The notes under the pieces are model-generated. The model had not been told where the DNA came from and did no database searches. It saw only the letters and a list, made by a program, of their open reading frames with translations. From positions 59,886,137 to 59,950,136 of the forward strand of contig NC_057718.1 of NCBI RefSeq assembly GCF_004010195.1: 64,000 bases of DNA, given 5' to 3'. Source of the DNA: Chiloscyllium plagiosum (taxonomy: Eukaryota). Position numbers and translations under genes: made by a program. This document shows, in pieces, positions 51,060 to 63,750 of the stretch (its first letter is position 1; every line of letters begins with the position of its first letter).

Positions 51060-51480
51060 TTAGGATGGAAAGTGTCATTCAGCCTCTGTGCCACACAAGG
51101 GCTTGACAATGACCATCTCCAACAAGACAGAATCAGACCATCTCTCCTAAATGTTCAACTGACTTGCTATCACTATATAGTGCCGAAAATGTGTTGCTGG
51201 TAAAGCACAGCAGGTCAGGCAGCATCCAAGGAACAGGAGAATCGACGTTTCGGGCATAAGCCCTTCATCAGGAATCTTATGCCCGAAACGTCGATTCTCC
51301 TGTTCCTTGGATGCTGCCCGACTTGCTGTGCTTTACCAGCAACACATTTTCGGCTCTGATCTCCAGCATCTGCAGACCTCACTTTCTCCTATCACTGTAT
51401 AGTCCACTGTCGGCATTCTGGGTTTTATTTTTGACCAGAAACTGAATTAAACCAGCCATATAAATATTTGACTACAAAAC
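51060..51480 (+). mobile_element. 'Family B' LINE fragment hosting a Penelope insertion
   Basis: MTISNKTESDHL...ILGFIFDQKLN*TSHIN; homologous to 47700-47800. Confidence 0.6.
51182..51388. mobile_element. Palindromic Penelope pLTR mini-element with hammerhead
   Basis: TSD ctatcactatatagt (51167-51181)/ctatcactgtatagt (51389-51403); near-perfect inverted arms ~51182-51260 and 51276-51354; intact hammerhead on the minus strand at 51240-51276. Confidence 0.9.
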
Positions 51481-51491
51481 CAAGTTACACA

Positions 51492-52380
51492 TTGTGAATT
51501 CTGGATGTAGGTTTGCTCACTGACCTGGAAGGTTTGTTTTCAGATGTTTTGTCACCATACTACGTAACATTATCAGTGAGCCTCCAGATGAAGCACTGGT
51601 GACATGGCCCACTTTCTGTTTATGTGTTTAGGTTTCCTTGGGTTGGTGATATCATTTCCCATTATGATGTCATTTCCTGGGGTGATGTCATTTCCTGTTC
51701 TTTTTCTCAGAGGGTGGTAAATGGGATCCAAGTCAATGTGTTTGTTGATAGAGTTCTGGTTGGAATGCCATTCTTCTCGGAATTCTCATGTGTGTCTCTG
51801 GCTTGTCCTAGGATGGAGGTGTTGTCCCTGTTGAAGAGGTGTCCTTCCTCATCTGTATGTATGGACAATAGTGAGAGTGGGTCATGTCATTTTGTGGCGA
51901 GTTGATGTTCATGTATCGTAGTGGCTAGTTTTCTGCATGTTTGTCCAATGTTTGTTACAGCCCTTGTAAGTTAATTTGGAAATGACATTAGCTTTGCTTG
52001 TTGTCTGTATAAGGTCTTTCAAGTTAATTAACTGCTGTTTTAGTGTGTTGGTGGGTTTGTGGGCTACCATGATATCAAAAGGTTTATGTAGTCTGGCAGT
52101 CATTTCCAAGATGTCTTTGATGTAGGGGAGAGTGGCTATGGTTTCTGGATGTGTTTTGTCTGCTTGTTGGGGTTTATTGCTGAGAAATCAGCAGACTGTG
52201 TTCATTGGGTATCTGTTCTTTTTGAATACACTGTATAGGTGATTTTTCTCTACTCTACATAGTTCCTCTGTGCTGCAGTGTGTGGTGGCTCATTGAAATA
52301 ATGTTCTAATGCAGCTTCGTTTGTGGGTGTTGGGATCACTGCTTCTGTAGTACAGTATTTGGTCAGTATGTGTTGTTTTC
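51492..52380 (-). mobile_element. Older Poseidon-type Penelope element
   Basis: ORF 51909-52109 EMTARLHKPFDIMVAHKPTNTLKQQL..NVISKL is homologous to ORF 49406-49960. Confidence 0.85.
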
Positions 52381-52389
52381 AAAGGAAAA

Positions 52390-52480
52390 TCTGCTCCTTG
52401 GATGCTGCCTGACCTGCTGTGCTTTTCCAGCACCACTCTAATTTTGATGATCTCCAGCATCTGCAGTCCTCACTTTCGCC
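52390..52480 (+). mobile_element. Penelope pLTR fragment
   Basis: ctgctccttggatgctgcctgacctgctgtgcttttccagc...ctccagcatctgcagtcctcactttc; same as 51299-51388. Confidence 0.8.
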
Positions 52481-53159
52481 GAGCTGTGCACTGTGACTCT
52501 GTGGAATCCCATTGTAGCAGGCTCCGAGGAAATTGCCGAAGAAATTAAAGATTCTAATGGATGAATCCTTATACTACAAAAGTATCAATTTCAAGTGGAG
52601 ATGTCAGAGGTTTCCACTGCAGCTAAGAAAATACTTGCCCAGGAAAGGTTAAAAGTTTAAAGGCCAGTCTAACTTCTAACTTCTAGGCAGCTATTAAACT
52701 AAGATCCAACTACACTTACCCCAGACCTTTTACACAGCCAGGACCCTGACTCAAAATATACCTCCTGCTGTCCCCACTAGACTTGACACCCTACTCTCTT
52801 TATCTGGGTCTGCAATGCTCCCTTTTCCAAGTTAAAGGGTAAGGATCCTTATCAGTCTTCATACTGAGTGCTCAATAATCCACACAGATCCTCAGTTTGC
52901 TGTCCCTCTTCCTCACTAGGACCATGGGAAAAACATACAGGTTTAATGAATCTCTGGTGATATTTCACTCCAAAGACTTCTGCAGGTGATCCTGGAATTC
53001 CTCCCAGTCATGGAATGGGTTCTTTACTGGATGGCTTCAGTCACAGTTCTGTAGTTTATCTGGTCACAATACCCAGTGTCATCATTATCATTCCTGGTCA
53101 CGCTGTGCTTAGTGAAGGGAGACTCAAGTTGCCTCCTCTGAGTCTCTTCTAAATCCCTT

Positions 53160-53522
53160 TTTTAAAAATTCATTCTTGAGATGTGAGCATTGCTGGCTAG
53201 ACATTTCCCATTCCCAGATGTCCTTGAGAAGATGCTGGTGAGCTGTATTCTTGAATTTCTGCAGTCCATGTGCTGTAGGTAGACCTACAGTGCTGTTAGA
53301 TGGGACATTCCAGGACTTTGTTCCAATGACATTGAACAAATGGAAATATACGTTTGAGTCAGGATGGTGACTAGCTTGGAGAGGAACTGGAAGTGGTGCT
53401 CTTTCCTTGGACCTGTTGCCCTTCCTTTTCTAGATGTTCGGAATTGTGGGTTGGAAGTGCAGCAGCTTTGGTGAATTTCTACATAGTATCAAATAGATGG
53501 TACACGCTGCTACTACTGAGTG
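53160..53522 (-). mobile_element. 'Family B' LINE 3' end
   Basis: Homologous to 1858-2210 and to the reverse complement of ~12800-13165. Confidence 0.75.
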
Positions 53523-53699
53523 CTTCTTCCATGTCAAATTTTGTGCTTACTGTAGGGCAAGTCTGTATTACTCAATATACGACTCTTCCTGAAGGAATAT
53601 TGTTCTCCCAGCCTGCTCTCAATGGGAGACCCAACTCGGTTAATCTTTGCACTGGATGGGGTCTCTGTGTTTGACAGCAATGTTGGCAGTGATTGTTGA

Positions 53700-54700
53700 G
53701 AGCAGCCTGTGTTCCCAGCTCAGTCACAATTCCAACATCTCTTTAGAGCACCTCCTCGTCAGGAATGGAACTGAGGCTCACAGTGGAGATAGGACAACAA
53801 GGATAGGATCTGCCTTTGCTGTGCAGAAATCTGCTGCATCTACATCTCCAGCCTGACATCTACATTCTTGCCTGCCCTGTCAGTTACTTTCTTGATTACA
53901 ATCTCTTTCCTGGTCAGATGTGTCCAGTCTTTTCCCATGATCTGGATGATGTGTTCCTGGGACTCAAAGAAAGTTCATTGAGGTTTATCACTATTAAGAC
54001 TCCTCAAATCTATTTTGTAACCTTCACTGCTGCTGCCATGCTGTCCTTCTGTATCCTGTCCTTGGTCCAATTGGAAGGGAAGGATGCTGTCATTGAACAA
54101 TTTCACTGGCTCAATCAGATCCTTCCCTTTGGTCAGCTTGTACACATAAAACCTTGGCTACAACAGTGTCAGTCTACTGCTGTTCCCAAAGAACATTGTC
54201 AGTAACCCAAGAATCCATTGCAAACTTCTTTGAACATCTGTACCTCTTTCCAGAATTTCCTGACAGGTGCTCCTGCACAGATAATCCATCACAAATGCTT
54301 GTATTGAGGCATCTTGTATGTCATAACCAGCTATGCATCCTCATATGGTCTTCAATCCCTGGATCATTGGGTGTTTTTTGGTCTTCACCAAATCTGTCCA
54401 GCTTCCTACTCATCGATAATAGTCAGCCACATGTTTCTCCATGGTATCAAGGGAATTCACATGAGGAGGGACTCTGCCTGGATTTGGTCTAAAGATTTTA
54501 TTCCCTCTTCCAATAGAGATTTGCCCTACAGTGAGCTTGCTATGATTCCAGAGCATCTTTGGCTTCCCTCGCGAACAGTGCCAGTTTCAACTCCTTCACC
54601 ATCAGTTCCATCTCAGCCAGATATCTTTCAATCTCATCCAACATGACTTGATGCCTTTCCTGTGGAGTCCTGCCAGCTGTATCAGAAATGTAACATGGAA
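53700..54700 (+). mobile_element. Possible RTE-type endonuclease relic
   Basis: RIGSAFAV (cf. GVGFAI) and other weak apurinic-endonuclease-like fragments; highly eroded. Confidence 0.3.
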
Positions 54701-56004
54701 TTTGAAAACATAGGAAGTCCAAAGATCATGAAGCAGGGATTCTTTACTTCAATGATATCAGCACATTAAAAACAGGAAGGGAAATTAAAATTAAGGACAG
54801 GGACTACTACCAGGAACAATGCCTATGTGTTATACTGGGCGGAGAAATCATTTGTCTAATCTGCTTCCTCTTCCATTTAGCTCTCCTTCTACCACAAACA
54901 CATTTTTTTTTCAGTGAGTGTCCTGTTGATGGCTCCAGCTACTGTCGTTCACTATCACAAACTGCTGGGCAGCTCCAAGTGAACTGCTCAGCTCCCTTAT
55001 TCATTGCCTTCCATCACTGTTATCACCTGCTGCTGGAGATCTTGTCATACTTGATAACAAACCATCTCATTATACACTAATCCAAACATTTAATATTTTC
55101 TCCTATGTTGCACCTCTCTCTGGGGCATGGTCCAATTACCAAATATCAAATAAACATTTCCCAACCTTTCATTGACTGCACTCAGTTGGAGAACTTCTCT
55201 CCATGGCCTTCCGTGAAATAGTTCAAATCATGCATAGTCATATCCAACACCTCTTTCTCAGGATATTCATACCGAATATTTCCAATATACAAATCTCTCC
55301 TAAATAACACCAATATTGCTGTGTCTGAAGCATTTTGTCCTATACTATTGTGTGAATGATTTGCTTTGACAATTTCCTCCTTACGTTTCCTCATAAGACA
55401 GATCCTATTAACTGAACTTTTGCTCATCTGTCATAATTTCTCCTTAAACGTGTCAAATTTTGTTTGATATGCTCCTTTCCAGGATCTTGAAACCTTTTAC
55501 ATTAAAAGTGCTACATTAATATTAGTGCTTTTTCTTCCAACATCATAAACAGATTAATTTGCAAACCATATTTGTTGTCACATTTGAGTTGTTTGTACCC
55601 TTGTTAGCACTGATAGAAGAAATATTAATCTTTAGCTTTATCTTACACATCCCCATTGAAGGCATTACAATTAAAGTAGCAACTGAGTGTCTGTAATAGC
55701 TGTTAGAGTAAATATACCAATAAAAAAAATCCATAATCTGTAAACATAAAGTAGCATTATTCCAAATTAATTAATTTCTGTATTATTGTAAGGTTCCTAA
55801 CCCATCAACAGTGTCTACACCCGATGAATATTTAACAGTTCAGTACAGTGTACTGCTTCAGCAGTACCAACTAGTTTTGCCTGCAGTATGGTTAAATAAA
55901 TGCTAAAGAAAACTGTCAGTGATTCAGTTTCTTGAGGTTATTTTATTTGCTTCTAAATATCAAAATCACCAAAAATATTGTAATTTTTCTGGTAAATATT
56001 TTGG

Positions 56005-56690
56005 AACAACATTACATTTTATGTGTTCCAAACTTACATCTATGTAGAGAAATCACCCAAGGCATTTTACAGGAGTAATATAAATTAAAAAATGCAATTT
56101 GCTACAAAGCCATAGAAAGAGATTTCAGAATGAAAACAAAAGTGTTTGCTTTAAGCGCTAGACACTTAAAACATCTAAAAAAAAGAAGGGGCAAGAGAAG
56201 TTTTGGGTAGAAATTCTAGAATGGAAACAAACAAGGAACATTCCATCCATTTGGGTGACAGAGGAAAGACATTAGAGAGGAATGGTGCAGTCAACTGTAT
56301 CAAATTTTGCAGATGGATCAGGAAGGATGAGGTAAGATGATTTATCATGGTTATATCACATTCACAGTGAATGTCATTTGTGACTTTGATAAAGGCCATT
56401 TTGGTAACTGACAGGATTTCAGAAACAAAACTGTGGGAAGGATGAAAACAAATGTGAAAATTAACAACACCCTCAAGGTCATTGGAGAAGAATTGAAGCT
56501 TAGCAATGGGAAGGGGCGATAGAGGGAATAAATGAGGAGTTTTTTGAAGAGAGGGTGATGATGAAAGAATACAGAGGGAAGCAGTATTTGAGAAATCAAA
56601 ATCATTAAATTGATCAACCAAAGATGTTAAGTAATGCAGTCAGCAGTTTTGTTGGTTCAAGATCAAGGTAAGAGGAGGTTGGTCTTAGGG
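56005..56690 (-). mobile_element. L2 LINE relic
   Basis: ORF 56175-56621 contains VTKMAFIKVTNDIHCECD (cf. L2 STETALIKVTNDIL); L2-like tail at 56005-56080. Confidence 0.65.
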
Positions 56691-56699
56691 ACAAGATGA

Positions 56700-56900
56700 G
56701 ACAGAAAAGCAGAACGTAGTTTGGAATCAAGAATTCAATATTTAGCTGGCCAGGCAGCATCTGTACAGATTTTGAGGGAAGCAGAGTTAACGTTTCAAGT
56801 CTGTGATCTGCACTATTTCTGACAAAGCTGTCCTGACCTCTGTTTCTTTCTTCACAGATGCTGCAAGACATGCTGAACACTTCAATACTTCCTATTTCTA
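56700..56900. mobile_element. Old Penelope pLTR inverted pair
   Basis: caggcagcatctgt...agttaacgtttc followed by cacagatgctgc...tgctga in inverted orientation. Confidence 0.5.
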
Positions 56901-57269
56901 CTGGCTCAAACAAACACTATGTTTTGTCAGCCCCAAAAAAGCATGGAGATCTTGTGTGGGCCTATCATTCCTCCTCAGTGAGCAACCCTACCTGCAGCTG
57001 CCTGGGACTTGGAGAACTGCAACATTCAGCATACGTATTTAAAAAGATAAGTTCAGATATGACAATAGACAATAGGTGCAGGAATAGGCCATTCTACCCT
57101 TCGAGCCTGCACCACCATTCATTATGATCATGGCTGATCATCCTCAATCAGTACCCTGTTCCTGCCTTATCTCCATAATCCTTGATTCCACTATCCTTGA
57201 GAGCTCTATCCAACTCTTTCTTAAACAAATCCAGAGACTGGGCCCCCACTGCCGTCTGGGCAGAGCATT

Positions 57270-59930
57270 CTACACAGCCACCACTCTCTGGGTGAAGAAG
57301 TTTCTCCTCATCTCTGTCCTAAATGGCCTACCCCTTATTTTTAAGCTGTGTCCTCTGGTTTGGGACTCATCCATCACTGCCTCCAGAGTGTCCAATCCTT
57401 TAATAATCTTATACGTCTCAATCAGATCCTCGCTCAGTCTTCTAAACTCAAGAGTATACAAGCCCAGTCGCTCCAATCTTTCAATATAAGATAGTCCCGC
57501 CATTCCAGGAATTGACCTCGTGAACATACGCTGCACTCCCTCAATAGCCAGAATGTGTTTCCTCAAATTTGGAGACCAGAACTGCACACAATATTCCAGG
57601 TGTGGTCTCACCAGGGCCCTGTACAGCTGCAGAAAAACCTCTTGGCTTCTATACTCAATCCCTCTTGTTATGAAGGCCAGCATGCTATCAGATTTCTTCA
57701 TTACCTGCTGTACCTGCATGCTTGCCTCCATTGACTGGTGTACAAGAACACCCAGATCTTTTTGTACTGCCCCTTTACCTAACTTGACTCCATTTAGGTA
57801 GTAATCTGCCTTCCTGTTCTTGCCACCAAAGTGGATAACCATACATTTATCCACATTAAACTGCATCTGCCATGCATCTGTCCACTCACCTAACCTGTCC
57901 AGGTCATCCTGTAATCTCCTAGCATCCTCCTCACATTTCACCCTGCCACCCAGCTTTGTATCATCAGCAAATTTGCTAATGTTACTAATAAAACCATCTT
58001 CTATATCATTAATGTATATTGTAAAAAGCTGCGGTCCCAGCACTGATCCCTATGGTATCCCATTGGTCACCGCCTGCCATTCGGAAGGGAGCCGTTTATC
58101 ACTACTCTTTGTTTCCTGTCAGCCAACCAATTTTTAATCCAAGTCAGTACTTTGCCCCCAATACCATGCGCCCTAATTTTGCTCACTAATCTCCTATGTG
58201 GGACTTTATCAAAGGCTTTCTGAAAGTCCAGGTACACTACATCCACTGAATCTTCCTTGTCCATCTTCAGAGTTACATCCTCAAAAAACTCCAGAAGATT
58301 AGTCAAGCATGATTTCCCCTTCATAAATCATGCTGACCCTGACCTATCCTGTTACTGCTATCCAGATGTGTCGTAATTTCATCCTTTATAATTGACTCCA
58401 GCATCTTTCCCACCACTGAGGTCAGACTAATCGGTCAATAATTTCCTGCTTTCTCTCTCGCTCCTTTCTTAAAAAGTAGTACAACATTAGCCACCCTCCA
58501 ATCCGCAGGAACTGATCCTGAATCTATCGAACTCTGGAAAATAATCACCAATGCATCCACGATTTACCGAGCCACCTCCTTCTGTACCCTGGGATGTAGA
58601 CCATCAGGCCCCAGGGATTATCAGCCTTCAGACCTAACAGTCTCTCCAACACCAATTCCTGGCAAATATAAATTCCCTTCAGTTCAGGTCCTTCAGCCAC
58701 TGTTACCTCAGGGAGATTGCTTGTGTTTTCCCCAGTGTACACAGATCTGAAGTACCAATTCAACTCTTCTGCTATTTCATTGTTCTCCATAATATATTCC
58801 CCTGTTTCTATCTTCAAGGGCCCAATTTTAGTCTTAACCATTTTTTTCCCTTTCACATGCCTAAAAAAAGCTTTTAGTATCCTCCTTTATATTCTTGGCC
58901 AGTTTACCTTCGTACCTCATTTTTTCTCTGCGTATTTCCTTCTTAGTAATCCTCTGTTGTTCTTTAAAAGCTTCCCAGTCCTCCGTTTTCCCACTTATCT
59001 TTGCTATGTTATACTTTTTCTCTTTTGACTTTATATGTTTCTTAACTTCCCTCGTCAGCCACGGCCACCCATGCCTCCTCACAGGATCTTTCTTCCTTTT
59101 TGGAATGAACTGATCCTGCGTCTTCTGCATTATACCCAGAAATATCTGCCATTGTTCCTCCACTGTCATCCCTGCTAAGGTTTTGCACCATTGAACTTTG
59201 GCCAGCTCCTCTCTCAAAGCTCCATAGTTCCCTTTATTCAACTGAAATATTGTCACTACTGATTGTACCCTCTCCCTTTCAAATTGCAGATTGAAGCTTA
59301 TTGTATTATGGTCACTACCTCCTAATGGCTCCTTCACTTTGAGGTCCCTGATCAATTCTGGTTTGTTGCACAAAACCAGATCCAGAATTGCCTTCTCCCT
59401 GGTAGGCTCCAGCATCAGCTGTTCTAAGAATCCATCTCAGAGGCACTCCACAAAGTCTCTTTCTTGAGGTCGAATACCATCCTGATTCTCCCAGTCTACC
59501 TACATGTTGAAATCCCCCATAACAACTGTAGTAACATCTTTGCGACAGGCCAATTTCAGCTCCTTATTCAACTTACACCCTACATCCATACTACTGTTTG
59601 GGGGCCTGTAGATAACTCCCAAGAGGGTCTTTCTACCCTTAGAATTTCTCAGCTTTATCCATACTGACTCTACATCCCCTGATTCTAGGTCCCCCCGCGC
59701 AAGGGACTGAATATCATCCCTTACCAACAGGGCCACCCCACTCCCTCTGCCCATCAGTCTGTCCTTACGATAGCACATATAGCCTTGAATATTCATTTCC
59801 CAGGCCCTGTCCACTTGAAGCCACATCTCAGTTATCCCCACAATATCGTAGTTGCCAATTTCCAAATAAGCCTCAAGTTCATCCATCTTATTTCTAATAC
59901 TTCGTGCATTCATATATATAGTATTTTTAA
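57270..59930 (-). pseudogene. CR1 ORF2 (APE endonuclease plus reverse transcriptase), frameshifted
   Basis: Fragments 59500-59913 (MNARSIRNK...GITE...YRPP...MGDFN), 58861-59415 (ILDL...SDHN), 58067-58324 (YLDFQKAFDKVPH), 57270-58043 (LGPQLF...FADD). Confidence 0.93.
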
Positions 59931-60107
59931 TTTGTTACTGCGCTCACCCTTCCTATCAACCCCTATTTCACTCAACCTTATGGCATGATCACGTTTTGAA
60001 TTTTCTGCTTCATTGATACCGTTGTCTTTCTTGACTTCCCTTGTTCTAACCTTCCCCTCCAATTCCTTCTTAAACTTCCAGTTTGTCCCCTCCCCCCCCC
60101 CCGTTAT

Positions 60108-60800
60108 TTAGTTTAAACGCAGCTGTGTTGCAATAGCAAACTTGCCTGCCAGAATGCTTGTCCCCAACCTATTAAGTTGCAAACCATCTCTTTTGTATAA
60201 TTTATGTTTACCACAAAACATATGCCAGTGATCCAAGAATTTAAATCCTTGCTTCCTGCACCAGTTCCCCAGACACATGTTCAAGTCCATTATCTCCCTG
60301 TTTCTGCCCTCACCAGCCAGAGGAACTGGAAGCAAACTGGAGATAACCACCTTGGACGTCCTGCTTTTCAGCGTTCTTCCTAGTTCTCCGAAGTCCCGCT
60401 GTAGTATGTTCCTCCTCTTCTTCCCGACATCATTTGTGCTGACATGTACCACCACCTCTGGCTCTTCACCGTCGCCCTTGAGGATTTCCTGCACTCTGTC
60501 TGCGATGTCCTTAATCCTAGCACCAGGAAGGCAACACACCATCCTTAAATCCCGCCTGTTGCCACAGAAACCCCGTTCAGTTCCTCTCACTATGGAATCC
60601 CCTATCACTACGGCTCTGTGCGATGTCTGACTCCTCGGCTCTGCCTCCACGCCAACGTTTGATTGACAGACCTGACTGCCTCGCAGACTGGCAGTGTAAT
60701 CTGTCTCTACTGTTTCCAAAAGATTCAACTTGTTCCTGACAGGTACTTCCCCCATGGTCTCTTGCACCTGTCTCCTCTCTGCCTTCCTCATCGTCTTCTC
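60108..60800 (-). pseudogene. CR1 ORF1 SGNH/GDSL esterase domain
   Basis: VVIGDSIVR...CLPGARIKD...VVVHVSTND...DGLQLN. The canonical GTND reads STND and DGLH reads DGLQ; the first ~45 aa of the predicted ORF come from flanking DNA. Confidence 0.88.
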
Positions 60801-62024
60801 TCTTCTGCTCTCTTCTGGTATGGTAGGTGGATAAGTGAGTAGAATGGCAGTTGGGTAGAGGCTTTTGTGGGTAGGGCAGCACATGGGCAGGTTGGCAATG
60901 TAGCAGATAGGTAGGGTTGCAATGGGATAGATGGGTTGGTGTTGATGGGTCAAGACTTGTGTTAAATCAGGGTACTCAGAAATAAAGAGTGGGTCAGTGG
61001 TGAGGTTATGTCAGATTTGGTTAGGAGAAGTAGCTGGATGGAGGAAGGAACTTTAGGGAAGCCATCGAGTAGTTGAGGGGCGGCAAGTGTTATCAATGTG
61101 AGTGATTGGATTGTTAGTTTTGTAGTTACCCTGGATTTAGATTAGAGTTTTTTTTCTCTTCTATTAGGTCCTTGCATTGGGACTTCTGAAGGGGTCTCAT
61201 AGCATATCTTCCAGTGTATGCCTGGTCTACAATCATCTGGAAACCGAAAGATATGGGCCAAGTGTTTGTTTGGAACCAGCAAACAGCTTGTAGCTTACAT
61301 CAATTAATGTGCATGTGCATCAAGCTAAAAGGTCTTTTCCTCCTGGCCTATAAAACTGTTTGCATCAGGTAAAAGGAAAGTATGTTTTAAGGGTATCACT
61401 ACCAAAATATTGGAATTTTAAGGCAAAGCTAAATTAAAGACCTAACGGAATTCCAGAGTCTGAAATTTTGCTTTTCTATCAATTGAATTTTGAGATATCT
61501 TAAACCTGCACTGGTCTTGTTTTGCATCACATACACAAATCTTTCTAATTATACCTTTCAGTTTGTTTCTTTTAAATGTAATTTCTAGCACATCTCATCA
61601 AAAATGACATTTCTAGCACTTACAGTTACACTGTATTAAAAGTTGAATTACACGGTGGTAAATTGTTCTAGTGGACACTGTAATTGGAAGTGGCAAAAAT
61701 AGCATGTTTCCCACTTCAAAGCTAATTCTAATATTTTACAGCAGCCAAGCCCTCTACCTGAAGCTTGCAAATGATTCAAACAGAGTCGCTGACTGCTGTG
61801 CAAAAGAAAGATTGAAAATGGTGATATTCTTTCATTGTGTTGAGAAATGAAGATTTTTGTTGAAGTTAATTTATATCAATGTTTACTTGCTTAGAAAAAA
61901 ACAAAAAAAAGCCTGAAGAACTTTCTCTGACCAAATACAACTTTCATTTTTAAGCATACAATCTTTTATTTTTCAGATTCCACTCTGATCTTCCTGTTTC
62001 TTTGACCAAACCTCCAATAACTGC

Positions 62025-62862
62025 AGAGACACACACACAGACACTCACACACACTCCTACAGACACACATACCCACACTCACACATGCACCCTCTCACAG
62101 ACTTAGACAACTTTACACTCACACACACACATATATACTCTCTCTCACAGACATTCACAACCCCCACCCCAGACACACACACTCCTACGGACTCACACTC
62201 ATACAGACACACATGCACCCTTTCACAGATTTAGACCCTTTTACACTCACACACACACACACATATACACTCTCTCACTCAGACACTCACAACCCCTCAC
62301 CCCAGAAGCACACACATACACACACAGAGAAAAACCCACATGCACATATGCACATATACGTTTGTGGGGTGAATTTGTACTTGCAGAGTTACATTGCACT
62401 TTGTTCAAAAACTGCATGAATCCATGCAAGACTCTGTTAACTCACTTTTTAGATTAGAATCAGTCCAAACATTATGGCACAGACAGGGAACACAGGGGAG
62501 CTAACACCTTCAACATCTTAACATCTTATCTGGACTGACATCAATTGTTACAGTTAATCTGAGAATGTAACTTTTAAAAAAAGTTTTGTGATTTACATGT
62601 GAAAGAAGTGAAACTAATATGGTCCTTCTAACAGAGGAGAGATTTAACAAACAATCAAGGTTTTTTTAAAGGAATCATTTCAGTTACATCACACTGTAAA
62701 CCTTTGCTATAAATTCTGTCTTACAATTGTGTACCCCACAACCACCTGATGAAGGAGCAGCACTCCAAAAGCTAGTGCTTCCAATTAAACCTGTTGGACT
62801 ATAACCTGGTGTTGTGTGATTTTTTAACTTTGTACACCCCAGTCCAACACCGGCATCTCCAA
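62025..62862 (+). mobile_element. Penelope-like pLTR with (CA)n-rich region
   Basis: Same family as 36627-37358; hammerhead at 62743-62777 with GAAA mutated to AAAA. Confidence 0.8.
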
Positions 62863-62866
62863 ATCA

Positions 62867-63003
62867 GGCTAGGTGGATTAGCCAGGGGAAATGCAGGATT
62901 ATTGGGTAACGGGGTGGGTCTAGGTGGGATGGTCGTTGGAGGGTGGGTGTGGACCCAGTGGGCCAAATGGCCTGCTCCCACACTGTGTGGCTTCTATGAT
63001 TAT
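62867..63003 (+). mobile_element. HE1-type SINE 3' fragment
   Basis: ggctaggtggattagcc...gggccaaatggcctgctcccacactg...tctatgatt. Confidence 0.7.
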
Positions 63004-63133
63004 AAAGAGCATTTTTTTAAAGCTTCGAATTGATAGCACACAGACCTTCATTGGACAATCTATAATACTGTGGGAAGTAAAAGAACTAGTCAAAGATTCT
63101 CAGATTCTGTTTACAGGTGATGAACAGGATGGA

Positions 63134-63750
63134 GTCATAGAGCTGGACACGATGGAAACAGACAACTTGGTCCAACATGTGCATGTTGACTAGCTACCCT
63201 AAATTAATTTGGTCTCAATGTGGCCCATATCCCTCTAAATTGTTCATATTCATAAACCCATCCAGATGCCGTTTAAATGTTGCAGTTGTACCAGCCCTCT
63301 TGCAGCTCATTCCTTACATGCACCACCCTCTGCCTGAAAACTTTGCCCCTTTGGTCCCTGTTATATCTTTCCTCTTTCACATTCAACCAATGCCCTCTAG
63401 TTTTGGACTCCTGAAGTTGGGAAAAAGCCCTTGCCTATTTACCCTATCCATGTCCCTCATGATTTTATAAACCTCTATAAGGTCACTTCTCAGCTTCCGA
63501 TGTTCTAGGGAAAATAGCCCCAGCCTATTCAGCGTCTCCCTATAGCTCAAACCCTCCAACCCTGGCAACGTCCTTTGAAACCTTTTCTGAATTCTTTCAA
63601 GTTTAACATCTTTCCTATAGCAGGGGATGAGGATTAAATGCAGTATTCCAAAAGTGACCTAACCCATGTCCTGTATAGCCATAACATGACATCTCAACTC
63701 CTATACTCAATGCACTGATCAATATAGGCAACTGGACTACATAAACCAAA
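63134..63750 (-). mobile_element. CR1 3' fragment
   Basis: ORF 63383-63568 MPGLEGLSYRETLNRLGLFSLEHRKLRSDLIEVYKIM. Confidence 0.88.

Larger units (their letters stand above)
57058..60815 (-). mobile_element. Near full-length CR1 (HER1-like) LINE, 5'-truncated within ORF1
   Basis: ORF1 esterase, ORF2 endonuclease and RT in order; 3' tail gacaatagacaataggtgcagg. Confidence 0.96.

Noticed and set aside
60108..60953. 281-aa ORF as a host GDSL lipase gene
   Set aside because: It lies immediately 5' of CR1 ORF2 and is the CR1 ORF1 esterase. The catalytic His is replaced by Gln and the N-terminus runs into unrelated flanking DNA.
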